The translations under genes were made by a program, and so were the position numbers. From Eledone cirrhosa (lineage: Eukaryota): DNA of 64,000 bases. Positions 1 to 12,814 of the stretch are shown piece after piece; position 1 is the first letter of the stretch, and each line of letters starts with the position of its first letter. The stretch is taken from NCBI GenBank assembly GCA_964016885.1, contig OZ024740.1, forward strand, positions 91,016,001-91,080,000, written 5' to 3'. The notes beneath the pieces are model-generated. The model had not been told where the DNA came from. It did no database searches and worked only from the letters and a program-made list of their open reading frames with translations.

Positions 1-898
1 AGTTATTGACTTTTCGCAACACTGTGCTGCGGCCCTTGGGAGCCGAGGCATTCCGTCGAGGTATGCACTGAAGTCCATGCCCCGATCCTGGCCGCCGCCG
101 CTCCCGAACAGTTCAGCAAAGTGCTGCTGAAAAGCTTCACACATCCGCTCGTGTTCGAGCATCAAGCACCCGTTTTGGTCAGACAAAGACCGAATTGTGT
201 CTCTGTTGCCACGTCGCGCCTCTGCCACCCGGGCTCATTGGATGGTTTTTGTCCCCTCGTGATACAGAGCACGCGCTCTAGCTCTGACAACGCAGCCTTC
301 GTTTTTTGGTTTGAAGAATTGGTCAAGTGCCTATCTCGCCGCAAGTACGTCGTATGCGATGCCTGTCCTAAACGCCTCTTCTAGCCTTCTGACTAGCGCT
401 CCCTCTACTCTATTTTCCTCTATCACTACTCCTTTGCTAAACCTAATCGACTGTGCTTTAATTGCCCTTTTGGGTCGAACCACCACCTGTTGTTGACGAC
501 CACTCCCGTCAACGACGCCCGCTTAACTAATACGCTAATCCGGCTTCTGTAGGCTTTGCGCGCCGGGAAAGACGCGTTAAGCTTCCAGTAACCAGGCCCT
601 TGTCTATGAAGTATGTATATGTCGATCTCACAGATCACAAATATGTGGTCTGTGTAGTCGACTATTTTAAATTGTGGACAACTTATACTAGCCTTATCTA
701 GTTCTCTGCAGAATACCCTATCGAGATACGATCTGGGTGACCCGATGCGGTTTGTCCATGTCCACAATGGCACATTCGGGTGATCCAGTCGATACCTGTC
801 AGACAGTTCAAAACGTCTGAGCAGGTTGGTGAGGCTCTTGCACCCTTCTCCCTTCTCCCTTCTCCCTTCTCCCTTCTCCCTTATCCACTAGCCCCACA

Positions 899-1551
899 AT
901 CTGGGGGATTGTAAGATATATAGATGAATGAACCGAATGTGGAGAGTTGAGAAGAAATGGATATGGACGTAACATTTCGTAGAAGAAAACTGAACAAGCG
1001 ACCATCAATAATAGGAGACAAATTCTGGGTTTAGTCCCCTGTAGCATGGTTTATTTATATTTGGTTGGCAAGGAGTGAGGAGGAGTGTGAGACCAGCGTA
1101 TATGATAGAGAGAGTGAGGGGCTGAGAGGCGATTTCAGCAGGCCAAGAGAGAGAGAGGGCAATCCCTAATTTAACCTGGCATAATTTCTTTTTTCGGCCA
1201 AAATTGTTGCAGGAATATTATTTAGAATTGTAGAAAGACAAACAATTATGAACATGATTTTTTTTTGATTCTGGGGGATTGTAAGATATATAGATGCGAG
1301 AACAGAATTATTTTTAGAACAACGGTGAGAAAGAACAGAATTATAGAAATCCAATTTTGAATACGATTTTTTGATTCTGGGGGATCGTAAGATATATAGA
1401 TGAATGAACCGAATGTGGAGAGTTGAGAAGGAATGGATATGTACGTTACATTTAGTAGAAGAAAACTGAACAAGCGACCATCAATAATAGGAGACAAATT
1501 CTGGGTTTAGTCCCCTGTAGCATGGCTTATTTATATTTGGTTGGCAAGGAA
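899..1551. mobile_element. Non-coding insertion with ~170-bp direct repeats interrupting the Tx1 endonuclease
   Basis: 901-1072 is near-identical to 1377-1551 (ctgggggattgtaagatatatagatg...ttggttggcaagga); a third partial copy lies at ~1270; EN coding sequence resumes on both sides. Confidence 0.65.
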
Positions 1552-2095
1552 TGACACTAAACGGCGGGACGTTCCAGGAAAGATCTCTAGACGTCTGAAG
1601 AAATCTGGCCGTCCTGCTCCTGTTGGGGCGTAGACGGCTACTAGCATGAAAGCATTGCCTTCGCTGCCGGTCACGTCCAGCACCGCCGACTTCCCTTCTG
1701 GGTCGAGGAAGATGGCCCGTATCACGAGTTCCAAGCCTCTCCGAAAAAGGACGGCAACCCTTCACCCCGATCCTGGACAGCTGTGCGATGAGTATACATC
1801 GTAGCCGCCGAAGATCGCTGCGAAGGCTTGTGCTTCGGTGATTCTGGTTTCACTGATGGCCACCACATCTATGTTTAGTGACCTGAGGTCGTTGAGCAGG
1901 TGACCATGCTTCCAAGATGACCGCAGGCCACGTGCATAGCTGTGGTGGCCATCAGTGAAACCAGAAGCGTATTCTGAGTACGGCCATGTTGGAGGAAAAA
2001 CGGGGCAAGTGCGAAATGGTCACTTGCCTTGATCGTGTGGTGAAGGGACAGTAGAACGGTCCATTTCGCTGGTCATGGGTGTCTCCAAGAGGATG

Positions 2096-4138
2096 TCAGT
2101 GTATATCCTCTTGGTAACCGTACCTCTGAAGTTTCCAACTGCTTTGAGGAATTATTTGTTTTAAATGTTTGTACTGTTCTATTGAGATGTCGATGATGCT
2201 TATGTTTGTCGGGAGAGTTCTTGGTGTTGGTGGGGTATAGTAGTTTTTTTCTATGATGTATGTGTGCTGCTTTATATATTGTATGAGTTCTTTTTTTGCC
2301 ATGTGTACATTATGGGGGGAGGGGTGATTTTTGCTGTTTTCTTCTTGTTGCTGTTTGGTGTGTGTGTCTTGTTGTGTTTGCGTTGTTGGTGTTTTTGGTG
2401 ATGCTGGTGGTGGTGTGTTTGTTGTTGTCATCGGTGCTTGTGGTGGTGATGGTGGTGGTGTTGCTGCAAGTTTCCTTGCTGCCTTTACCCCTCTTTGTAT
2501 GCCTTCGCTGTTGGAGGGTGAATCTAAGGGTTTTTTGTTTTTTGTTTTTTGTGGCAGACCGTTTGCAACTTCACTCCCGCCTCAAACTCCATGTGGATTC
2601 TGTGGCGTCTAGGAGGGGGTATGTTCTCCACGGCTGTTGATGGTGTTAGTGGAGCCCTCTTCGGCGATTTTGTTGCTGGTGTAGCTAATTTAAATGTAGT
2701 TATTGCTGTTGCCGCTACTGATGATGCTGCTTTAGTTGTCCGTGGCCTTAGTACGTGTTCTACGGACGTTGCGCTCCTATTCACCGTGGAAGGGGCTTCC
2801 TCGTTTGTTGCCTGCCCTGATCTTGGTAGCAGCGGGCCATGTATTCGAAGGAGAGGGGCCTTCTTCGCTGTCTTCTGCGAGCAAAAGGCCCTGAGGTGAC
2901 CCTTCGACCCACATAGATAATATTTTGGCCGTCTTCCTTCTACACTATAGGGATTTGGAGTCCTTCCTCGATGTCTATGATATCGGGGATAGCGTCGATA
3001 CATTCCTGGTCAGTTTGTATAAGCATTTGCATGCCTATACCTGACCAGTTCTCTCTCCTTATTTTTTCTACTTGCAGCATGGTCGTCCTGTTCTCGATTC
3101 CAGCAAGGACAGACGCGGCCAGCCAAGGTATGGGTACGTCGGGTGGGACCTGGGTCACTTTGACCCTCACAATTTTCTGCCCGAAGTAGGAGGGTACCAA
3201 GACTACCTCCTCACTCTTTAGGGTTTCCAAAGAGTGAGACTTTGCTTCCTGGGGGTGGCGAAAAGTACGTCTACTGTGGCGTACTTTCTGCCTCGGGTGA
3301 TGTGGGTTTTCCGTGCCCAGGCGCACCCCAAGGCCTTTTGGATTTGAGCCTCCGTGGCTCTCTCCACCCGATGTGAGATTTTGCTTAGTGTGCTGTATGT
3401 CACCGTCCGTAGTTGCTGGTCCTTGAAAAAATCGGGTGGAGTTTTTAGGGAGACTTTATTGGCGATTCTTGTCATCATGGGCCTTGCAACTGCCATCTCC
3501 TCCTCTAAGACTAACACTGTCTCGATATTTCAAGCGACACCTGCAAAAAAAGTGGTCGCTTTTTCAGCAGCACCACTATTGCTGCCGCTACTGGTCTTAC
3601 TGGTGGTGCTGAGATCGCTATTACAGATATCGGTGTCATTGTTGTCGTTTTCCTTGGTGCAGTTGTTGGTGTTGTTGTTGTTGTTTTCATTGATACTGTT
3701 GCTGTTGTTACTGTTATTGTGGCTGTTGTTATTATTGTTGTTTTTGATGATACTGTTCCTACTATTATTGTTGTTGTGGCTGTTGTTATTGTCATTGTTA
3801 TTGTCGTTCTCGACCTTACCTCTGTCATTTTTGTTATTGTCGTTCTCGTCTTTACCGCTGTTATTTTCGTTGTTGCTGTTGTTATTGACGGTGTTGTTGT
3901 TGGTGTTATTGTTGGTGTTGTTTGTGTTAGAAATATTTGTTAATTTTAAATCTGTAACAATCTTCTTTTCCTTTGTAATATTTTCGTTTATATTTACCTC
4001 CGCTGGAACGCTGTGTTGTTGACATGCTGATAAAGTCTCCCCCCCTCTGTGATGTCTAACAGCGCTCTCTATCTTTCTTGTGTTACCCAGGTTGAAATTT
4101 TTCAAAAAAATATTTTTACACAAATACGAATACGACAC
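2096..4138 (-). pseudogene. Tx1 ORF1 (gag-like, zinc knuckle), split over several frames, with Asn/Thr-rich microsatellite expansions
   Basis: YLCGSKGHLRAFC (CCHC knuckle with the first Cys mutated) in ORF 2524-3003; consecutive frameshifted ORFs 3530-4138, 3218-3517, 2940-3326 and 2096-2431. Confidence 0.75.
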
Positions 4139-4305
4139 CCCGTAAAGGGGTGCCGTATTATTTACGAGTGAACCCCTGTAATAGCTGGGTCACTTCTTCT
4201 AAACTTTTATCAAATTTAAAACCTGAATAAAAGGTTTAGAACGGTTGAAAACGAGGTAAAACGGTGACTAAAACCGGAGGCAATAGGAAGCGTGGCTTCA
4301 CCATC

Positions 4306-4495
4306 AATAATAATAATAATAATATTAATAATAATAATAATAATAATAATGATTTCTTTATTGGCCACAAGGGCTGACATCAAGAAAAATATTACAGACG
4401 GCACAGGACTGTACAGGAGGGTACAATGTGGGTTTTGTTCGTGTAAATATTTGTATTATTTATATAAGAAAAGAAAAAGAAAAAGAGATAGAAAC

Positions 4496-4531
<36 letters not shown>

Positions 4532-6450
4532 GAACATTTTTCCATTTCTAAAATTACAGGCGTATATTCAGAGCGGACCCGTTCACTCGGACCATTTTGG
4601 CTACATTCACACACTTTTCAACAAACCTGCTACAAGGCAGCACTTGCGTCTCCAACCTGATTTTCCTCTTCAAGTGAAACTTGGAATAGTTATTTAGGGA
4701 TTCGTCGAACAGGTAAGTGTCTGTATTTAACCCTTTCAACCTTGTCGACCACACAATCTCTTTGGCCATGGCCACCAAGCAGATGAAAACCGCATGCCCT
4801 TCCTCCTCGAAGGAAGACGAGAGACCATTATGCACAATGGACTCAGTCGACAACCGGATCAATCCTACACGTGACAGCAACTGTTCCACATAGCTCCACA
4901 AGTCAGCAATGCTCGGGAACTGACCGAGTGCGTGCACGACGGCTTCGTCGCTCTGCGCGCATCCCGGACAGGCTCGGCTGACGGCTCTTCCGTGCCTTTA
5001 GAGCTTATCTCGAACCGGCAACGCTCCCCGGTAGCACTGCCAGGCCAGGGATTTTTGTAAGTTATCCATAGGCCCTGGGCTGAAAGTTCTCCGGAAGAAA
5101 GCAAACAGCTGATCTTCTTCGACGCCCCTGATCTCTCCGGCAACGTCGTCGCTCTTCCCCTCGACTAGTCCTCTATAGAACGCCGAGGTGGATGTTCCAC
5201 CGACACTCGTGCCCAGCTGCCAGTGGGCTGTGAGCGCCTGGAGATATTCCAGTTTCCAATCGCTATCCCTCGGTTTTTTTACTGACCCAGGGCTGCAGCT
5301 CCGTCAATGAGACAAGCTGTGAAAAAACGTGCCTGGCGAACGGCGACCACACCTGTTCACAGTCAAGAAAGCACCAGATATGTCACAGCCTCAGCGCATG
5401 TTTGCACATCATTAGCCATGGCATGCCCAGTTCTCCACGCAACGGGTGTGGACAGCAGATGGATCGTCTGACCATGGGAGCGCGTACCTTCCACATAAAA
5501 CGGAAGAGAGGGCGCTCCATTTTGGTGATAGTTGGGCAAGAGACGACGTTGAGGCGGTAGCAGATGACAGTTGCGATGTACGCATTCGCCACCTCCGCCG
5601 GACCTTTCAGGAACCGCTTCCTCTCGGCCCATTTCTGGGTGAGGGAGGCCACCTTGCTCGTCACCTCGTTCCAGTTTTTCTCCATCTGGAGGTCCGGTCC
5701 GAACCAGACCCGGAGTACTTTTATCGGTCCGTCCGTCCAACGCCTCACGACTCTGTCGGACAGCATGGACTTGCCTCTCCAGGTGCCGAGCTGCAAGCTC
5801 ACCGACATTTCCTGGTTTATCATTGCTCTTGTAACCGCTTCCTATTCCTTGAGAGCGGTGCCGAGCATCTGGACGTGTCTGGTGATCGACACCACCACGG
5901 TGACGTCGTCGCCGTAAGCCAATTCGGATTTCCCGATCCTAGTTTGCGTGGGATGCCCCTCATCGCCTCCAGTTTGTGTAATTACGGCTCGAGAGCCAAT
6001 ACGTACAAGAGGGACGAGAGGGAACAACCCTGGCGGACGGAGCGCATGATGCTGAACGGCTGCGACAGGTGACCGTTCACCCTCACAACTGAGCAGTGTC
6101 GGTGTACATCGCAGCGATCCAACCTCTGAAAACGGGCTCGAAACCTGCTGCCTCGAGGACCTCCGCCAGGTAGCGATGGTCAACCTTATCGAATGTTTTG
6201 GATTGATCCAAGTTGATTAGGGCCCCACCCGTGCCAGGTTCCTTAATCACCCTCTCTATGATGTATCGCATGAGGTGGAGGCTGTCGTGTATTGATCTGT
6301 CCGGAATGGCGCATGTATGCGCCTCTCCCACCAGACCCTTGACGACAAGCGCCAACCTCGTTGCTAACAACTTGGCCAAAATCTTGAATTATGCGTTTAG
6401 CAGGGTTATGGGCCTGAAGTTATCGATAACATCCCCGTTGTTCGGGTCTT
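4306..6450 (-). mobile_element. Tx1-like LINE 3' portion (RT to 3' tail), 5'-truncated and degraded
   Basis: DNFRPITLLN, LINLDQSKTFDKVDH, AYGDDVTV, VLRVWFG; AATAAA followed by an (ATT)n tail at 4306-4350. Confidence 0.9.
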
Positions 6451-6905
6451 GACACATAGGGGACAATAAACAGACAGGATAATTTAAGTGTCCAATAAAA
6501 GCGGATAAAAAAATATCAAATGAACAAAAACAATTAACAATAAAATTATTAAAAAAATAAATACCCAGTAGGTGTATCAACAAGGGTGATGTAGGTATCC
6601 CACCAATTATGAACCACCCGTCGCTTCAAAGGAAACTCGGAATGGCATCCCTCTCCTCATCAACTTAACCAGCCTACAAATACATGCTCAGATTAAGCCA
6701 ATTCAACGGACCCTTCTCTCCACATTTATCACATTTTAGAAAATTTACTGGCTTTCAGTACATATTTCTCGACCGTCACCTTCCTTTCCAAATTGAAAAG
6801 GTTGATGAGAGATCGGTCGAAGTGTAAAGTGTGTCTTCTGTCCTTTTAACATGGCCCACCACACGACCTGCTTTACTGAAGCATAGCAATGAATGGGCAC
6901 CGCCA
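6451..6905 (-). mobile_element. Older Tx1-related 3' remnant
   Basis: Manual translation VKQVVWWAMLKGQKT..NLERKVTVEKYVL resembles the C-terminus of the neighbouring element (AKEIVWSTRLKGLNT..HLKRKIRLETQVL). Confidence 0.55.
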
Positions 6906-6939
6906 GGCTTAATATGCCCAAGAAACACTATATGTTATT

Positions 6940-7150
6940 GATGAAGAGGGGAAAATAGAGAAACAAAATGATTGAGATAAAATCGGTGAGGTGATAAAAG
7001 AGATTGACATCGAAGAGCGATATAGGTATTTGGGTGCTTTGAAAGCATATAACACACATGCGATTATCAGATCTGAATACATAAGGATCATGAGAAATAT
7101 ATCAAAATCACATCTGAATAGTAAGGACCCCTAAGTGGAATAAATACTTG
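6940..7150 (+). mobile_element. R4/Dong-like non-LTR RT fragment
   Basis: Manual translation IKEIDIEERYRYLG...RSEYIRIMRNISKSHLNS..GINT, the thumb-region pattern of R4/Dong RTs. Confidence 0.5.
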
Positions 7151-7874
7151 AAATCAGCAGTAAATTATATTCACAAATTCAGTAGTAAATTATATACAAA
7201 CCTTTCCAATTGTCCCTTTTTTCGCTAGACATGGGCTAGATGTGTGTTTGTATTGGTGTCGAATACAAATGAATACATTCTTTTATTGATAGTATAGTGA
7301 ATGTGAACCATATTTCTTTGATCTAAAAGAAAAAACAACCACAAAGAATTGGTTTCTTTGCTAAGTTTAATTCCGTTGTCGATCAGGTATGCACATATTT
7401 ATAGATTAACTATGCTATTTATATGATAATTGAAAATCCCGGAACAGAAAGGATTTGATTTATAATTGGTTAGGAGATATTCATTCATATCGCAAAACAG
7501 GCTTTTAAACAAAAATAGCAGGCATGTATAGGCGTTTATAAAAGAAGATAATTCTTTGCAGAAATATGTTTAAATATATGTCAATTTATTATTCGTAAAT
7601 TATATCTCGAGGTCTATCGAAGAGACACTGATAATACGTGCTATATCTCTTTGATTAATTTCTTAATTCGAATGTTTTGGTCAGACTTCTTCTTTATTTC
7701 AATAACAGATAATACGATATTTTTAGTGTATAATATCTTTGCTCATCAACAGAAAATGTGAAAGACATTACATTCCATTGAAAACATTAGAAATAAATGC
7801 AAAGAAATCATTTTACGGTAGAAAATATCTCAGCAAAACAATTCTGTTTGTCTATTTCTATAATTACACAAATA

Positions 7875-7990
7875 AGAGGCGAATTGATAGAGTCGTTAGA
7901 ATGTCGGAGTTCAAATCCCACGGAGGTCTACATTCCCTTTCATCGCTTCGATGTCGATGAAAAGGTACCAATCTAGTACTTGGGCCGATT
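7875..7990 (+). mobile_element. tRNA-derived SINE fragment (octopus OK-type)
   Basis: B-box-like gagttcaaatccc followed by the ...ctttcatc...gtcgat...agtac core shared with the copies at 26.3, 36.3, 40.3 and 61.7 kb. Confidence 0.6.
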
Positions 7991-8408
7991 CATCCTCTAT
8001 ATCTGTTCCTCATTTCCTGTATCTCATTTTCCATCTTTCTCATGAAGATACCTGCTGTGAAGATTGCTGTAGAGAGATGGGTTCCGCCAGACTTAAAATG
8101 CCCGACAAAACACCGTATTTCAATACGCCACTCCTGTGAGTTACGAGGCCATGCCTTACCCATAATTACACAATACTTACCCATACTTAAACAAAGAAAT
8201 ATTCAGAGACCTCACACTAAATATATAATTATATAGTTATATTTATATACATGTATTCACAATTACAAACGCGCACACATGCAGACAGACGTGGGCGGAA
8301 GCACAGATATGTAGATATTATTGGTATATATATATATATATAAATTGAAACAAAATGAAAACGAAATTTCATTTCTCACTCTTAGTATGGCACTTACTTA
8401 GTATGGCA

Positions 8409-8439
<31 letters not shown>

Positions 8440-8443
<4 letters not shown>

Positions 8444-8925
8444 TTTCTGAATTTGTTTAGCAAGATTCTTTATCTGAAAACGCGTGTTGAAACCGATATT
8501 GTTATACTTTGGGAGGGTCATGTTGCCAATCAGAAACACACGCACCAGTTACTTTCACTTCAATTTATTATAATAAATTTATAAATTTAGGAATTTATAA
8601 ATTTCCGGTCGGTTGGTTGGTTCCACAACCAGATGATTGTTTATATATTGTCAAAGTTCTTTCGTCAGACAACACACACACAAAAACAAGATGGCGTAGG
8701 ACAGAACAAAGGAGAGGCACACAAAAACAAAGAAAATAATCTACAATCACTGAAGAGGTCACATAATGTGTGCCGAAAGAACTTTGACAATATATAAACA
8801 AACATCTGGTTCTGGAACCAACCAACCAACCGGAAATTTATAAATTTATTATAATAAATTGAAGTGAAAGTAACTGTTGCGTGTGTTTCTTATTGGCAAC
8901 ATGACTCTCCCAAAGTATAACAGTA
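8440..8925. mobile_element. Miniature palindromic derivative of the 30-35 kb PLE family (pLTR only)
   Basis: 8440-8668 matches 30098-30335; arms ~8497-8668 and ~8767-8925 are inverted; flanked by (TA)n. Confidence 0.85.
8744..8790 (+). ncRNA. Minimal type I hammerhead ribozyme (PLE pLTR), partly eroded
   Basis: tca-CTGAAGA-ggtcacataatgtgtgcc-GAAA-gaac-TT-tga; homologous to 34933-34979. Confidence 0.6.
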
Positions 8926-8939
8926 TATATATATATATG

Positions 8940-11910
8940 TATAGGAACGTAGGAGAGAGCGTAAAATAAAGACAATAACACGAGATGTAAGGGAATGTGG
9001 AATGAGATGTATAGTGTGTAGAGGAACGTACGAAAGAGCGTAACACGAGATAGAGTTAACTTGGGAGAGATTTAATTGTCCCTATATTTCAGATTTGCAT
9101 CCATAATCTGAGGGTTTTCTGTGGAGGGAAGGTTATCTGTCGGAGAGGAATGGAACGTGTCCTCGGCTGTTTGCTGTTCGTGACTAATGCGGTACTCTAC
9201 AGAGCTCGCGTGCGCGCGGAATCGGTGCAGTCAAGTAGAGGTCTAAGTAGTTCTTTTAATTGTGGGAGTGGGATGGTGTTAGCTGTCAGTTCATTGTACT
9301 ATTTCTCTTTGTTGGTTTTTGGTACTAGCGGCGTTGTATAGTCGCATGGTAGTAGTATTCTTTTTTTTTAGGTCAGTGGATGGTGGCGGTGCTACACACA
9401 CAAAATCAAGCATTCAAATGTCACTGTGTTTGTGTGCGTGTGTTCGTGCATCGTTAGTTTATACCAACCACCTCATGTCGCTTCTGTCGGATCGGTTATT
9501 TATTTGGGGTCCTAGGCGTTTGATCCAAAGTGCTTCCTTGTTCGTAGCGTGCCGGCGTTGCGTTCTGTCTTAGCACTGTGACAATGGGCCATCCGTCTTT
9601 GTTTCCCCATTTGGTGATGTGTTTCCGGAAAGATGAGGCCCTGATGTTTATGTGCTCCTTGATCCGGATATGTAGCGGCCGGATTGTGATACCGATATAG
9701 TAGTCGTTACACTTGTCACATTCCACCCTGTATACCACGTATGTGCGTAAGCAACGGTTCGTATGGCGCATCGGACAGTTTACGAGGGAACACGCCTCAG
9801 TTGATTTACCGGGTTTCCTGGAGAGGCATCTCCGTAGTGAGGGGCCCGAGTGGGTCATGTGGATGTTGAGGCCCTCTCTCCGTATAGCTCTGCGGATAGC
9901 GTTGGTGGTATTCTCGCCCAGGTGTGGTATTTTAAGGAAGCACTTACTTTGGGTGTTTCCCAGCCTCTTGCGTCTGGTGTCTCGTACTCAGTTTGTGAGC
10001 AAGGCACGGTACCCGTCGTCTCCAGCACTTTGAGGAATCGCTTGGTGTTTTTGACACCAATCACGGCACCGCTGCACCTGTTTTTAATTCGCGTGATCTT
10101 GTTCGTGATGTACTCTCTTTTAGCGCTGCTATGGAGGGCAGACTTGTAGTGGACGAACACGTCCCTGCAGGCTGCCTTGTGGTAGATGTTGGTGTGGATC
10201 CCTCCCTGCTCCGTGATGTTGATTCGGAAGTCGACGAGGGCAAGTGACCCGTTGTTGCTGGGGTGTTCAACACTGAAATGAATGTTCTCGTACGTGTTGT
10301 TGAACGTCTCAACAATTCCGTTTGCCATCTCCGGGGAAGATGTGACGATGAGTATGTCATCCACGTTCCTTGAGAAAAAGGCGACGGCGTTGAGGTGGCA
10401 GGTGTTGAGTGCCTTGCGCTCGAGGCTGACCATCTATGAGATCGCTATCACACCCGACAGGCTTGAATGGTCAGCCCCGAGGTTTGCCGGTATGTTTGGT
10501 CGAGAAAACCGAAGTATGTGTTGTCAACGACGATGGATAGGAGTTGGTGAATATCAGTTGGGGTGAGCCCGAAGAAGTGTTGGTTGGTAGATTCGACGGG
10601 TTCCATCAGTATATCAACGGCCGGGAGCGCCGGGACCGAGGTGTAAAGAGCGTCCACATCAAGGCTGAAGGCATTACTGTTAGGCTTTCTGGTATCGGGA
10701 TACATTTAATGCAGGCGCTCCATCACCTCCTCGGAGCTGTTTACGTGTCCCGGCAAGGTGTCTAGTATGGATTTGAGTATTCTGGCTACGATCCATGATA
10801 CTTTGTAGAGCGGTCCTCCCCAGGCTCGATACGATGGGTCTGATCTTCAGGTCGGGTCCCTGTTTGTGTGTTTTTACAAGGTGGTTGAAGGCGTGTATTC
10901 TGCTGTTTCTCGTGAGGAGGTCGTATCTGAGCTTTTTCAGGAGTTTAAGCCGGTCACAGATGCTGGCCCAGGCGGCGTTGATGTGCTCCTCGATCTGCGC
11001 CGGAGTGATTTCTGTGACTTTGAAGTAGAGGTTATCATCGTCAAGGTGATGATGGGCGAGGGTGCTGTAGGCCTCTCTACTGATGACACATAATTATTTT
11101 CCCTTGAGGGTCTTCGATTTCAAGTTGGAGAGAGTGTTGAGTTGAGATTTAGTGAGGTTGTGTGTTGTGCATGTGTGTGTGTGTGTTTGTATAGGATATC
11201 AGAGATGGAGTGTTTTAACCTGATGAGTTTAGTGTCCAGTTCATGGTTGGCGGGTGGATAGTGTGAGTGGAGTGGGTTGTCGAGGTGGTAGGGGGGAACT
11301 TGTGGCGGGTTGTGCGGGCGCCGTTATTTTCCGTGGCGCTGTTGATGGCGGTTACCCATTTAAGTCGGTAGGCGGCTCGACAGAAGTTGGCTTCGATGTC
11401 GAGTTTGAGTCTGTCGTCGAGTCGTAGGAGTTCCAGCTCGTCGTTCGTGACGGTGCCGGTTAGGTCCGTGACAAGATGCTTCGCATCGTTGAGGTGTGGG
11501 TCGGTGTTGGTGCTTGTGGCGGCGGCGGTTGCAACGTTGTTGTGTTTGACTTGGTTCTGGTCTGTCTGTTTGTTAGTGTCGGTGTTCTTGTTGCGGAGTT
11601 TAAGCAAGATCCAATCATATTTCCGTTTCAGCCGTTTCTTTTCGTGTTGGTCTGTGGAGTGGTAGCACTGGTCGATTGCTTTGTGATTTCAAGGAGCAAG
11701 TCGCCGGGTGTTATTGTTAGTTGATGTGTCCGCTTATGGATGTGTAATTGGCGGTTGAGATGTCACAGGATATGTTTGATACACGAGCGGTGTATGCGGC
11801 TAGCGGTGTTTTGAAAATCTGGTGTACGTAGGCACCTTGGTAAGCGGATGCTCCTGATGGTGGTGGGGATGACATCGTTTTTTAGGCAGCGTTTCAGGAA
11901 ACTAATTTTA
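8940..11910 (-). mobile_element. Penelope-like element (RT + GIY-YIG), 5'-truncated and frameshifted
   Basis: KIRPIVSS, FSLDVDALYTSVP, FSRNVDDILIV, LALVDFRI, then the GIY-YIG motif VVYRVECDKCNDYYIGITIRPLHIRIKEH; degenerate HHR-like hairpin at 9080-9114. Confidence 0.9.
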
Positions 11911-12680
11911 GATCACAAATCAAAATACAGAAATACAGACAGATTGCTTTTATTGAACATATCGCCAATTGTATACCTAACCAAAATCCAAACTTTAAAG
12001 TTTTCCCCATTTACAAATTCATAGACAACACTTCTTTCATCCATCGTACCAATAAGGAAACGTTCTGCATTAACGAATTCCAACCTCTACTTAATGGACT
12101 AAAAGTTCGGACTAAACTAAAACAGGGAACGAACAATGAACCTAAATCTAATTCCTACGTTATCTAAAGAGTAACCTCCCTCACAACCTACATAATCCTT
12201 TTTCTTATATAAATGAATTAGCCCCTCTCATTTCTCTCTCCCATACCTAACCACCCTGAATTACCTCACCCTGCATATTAACTATCTAAAAACGGAAATC
12301 ATATCAAACACCAGACTACTATTTGCCTCCATCATATATCAACTAAGCACTCTTGCCATAATAACACATTTTGAACTGCTTAACTTCAAGAAATATGCCT
12401 GTAAATAATATTATTTTTTGTTTCCCACTACCTTATCATGTTCCACATTAACCCCTTTTTTTTCTTTTGAATTTTCACTTCAAAAACCTTGTTTGTAAAT
12501 AACATTATTCTTTCTTCACCATTTCCTTAACATGTTCAACATCACCAACATTTTACACCAATACAAATTACCCCCTTTGATAATGCATAAAATATTGAAA
12601 CCGGTAATAGACAATTATTAAAAATATAAATAAATAAGTAAATAAATGCCATTGTTAATTAATAAATAAATTAACTAATA
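11910..12680 (+). mobile_element. Degraded PLE 3' remnant (GIY-YIG C-terminus + 3' UTR)
   Basis: Manual translation EHIANCIPNQNPNFKVFPIYKF..HRTNKETFCINEFQPLLN; degenerate HHR-like ttgataa...GAAAccggTA at ~12577-12606. Confidence 0.55.
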
Positions 12681-12814
12681 CCTTACCACTTCACACAAAG
12701 TAAAATATTTTGTTTTAAACATTTTCTAATCCAGAAAAAAGAGAAACAATTAGAAAGCAAAAAAATATATTTTTCTTCCTAATAATCGTCTTTTTTTCCC
12801 TATTTTCTTATATA

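Larger units (their letters stand above)
1..4305 (-). mobile_element. Tx1-like (L1 superfamily) LINE, 5' half: 5' UTR, disrupted ORF1 and APE endonuclease; runs off the window start
   Basis: Minus-strand peptides LNDLRSLNIDVVAISET, LVAVYAPT, YLDRV..TDH and GPGYWKLN (APE endonuclease/Tx1 linker), plus a gag-like zinc knuckle; frameshifted. Confidence 0.85.

Noticed and set aside
3354-4022. 222-aa hydrophobic Leu-rich ORF
   Set aside because: Antisense reading of (AAC/AAT)n expansions within Tx1 ORF1.
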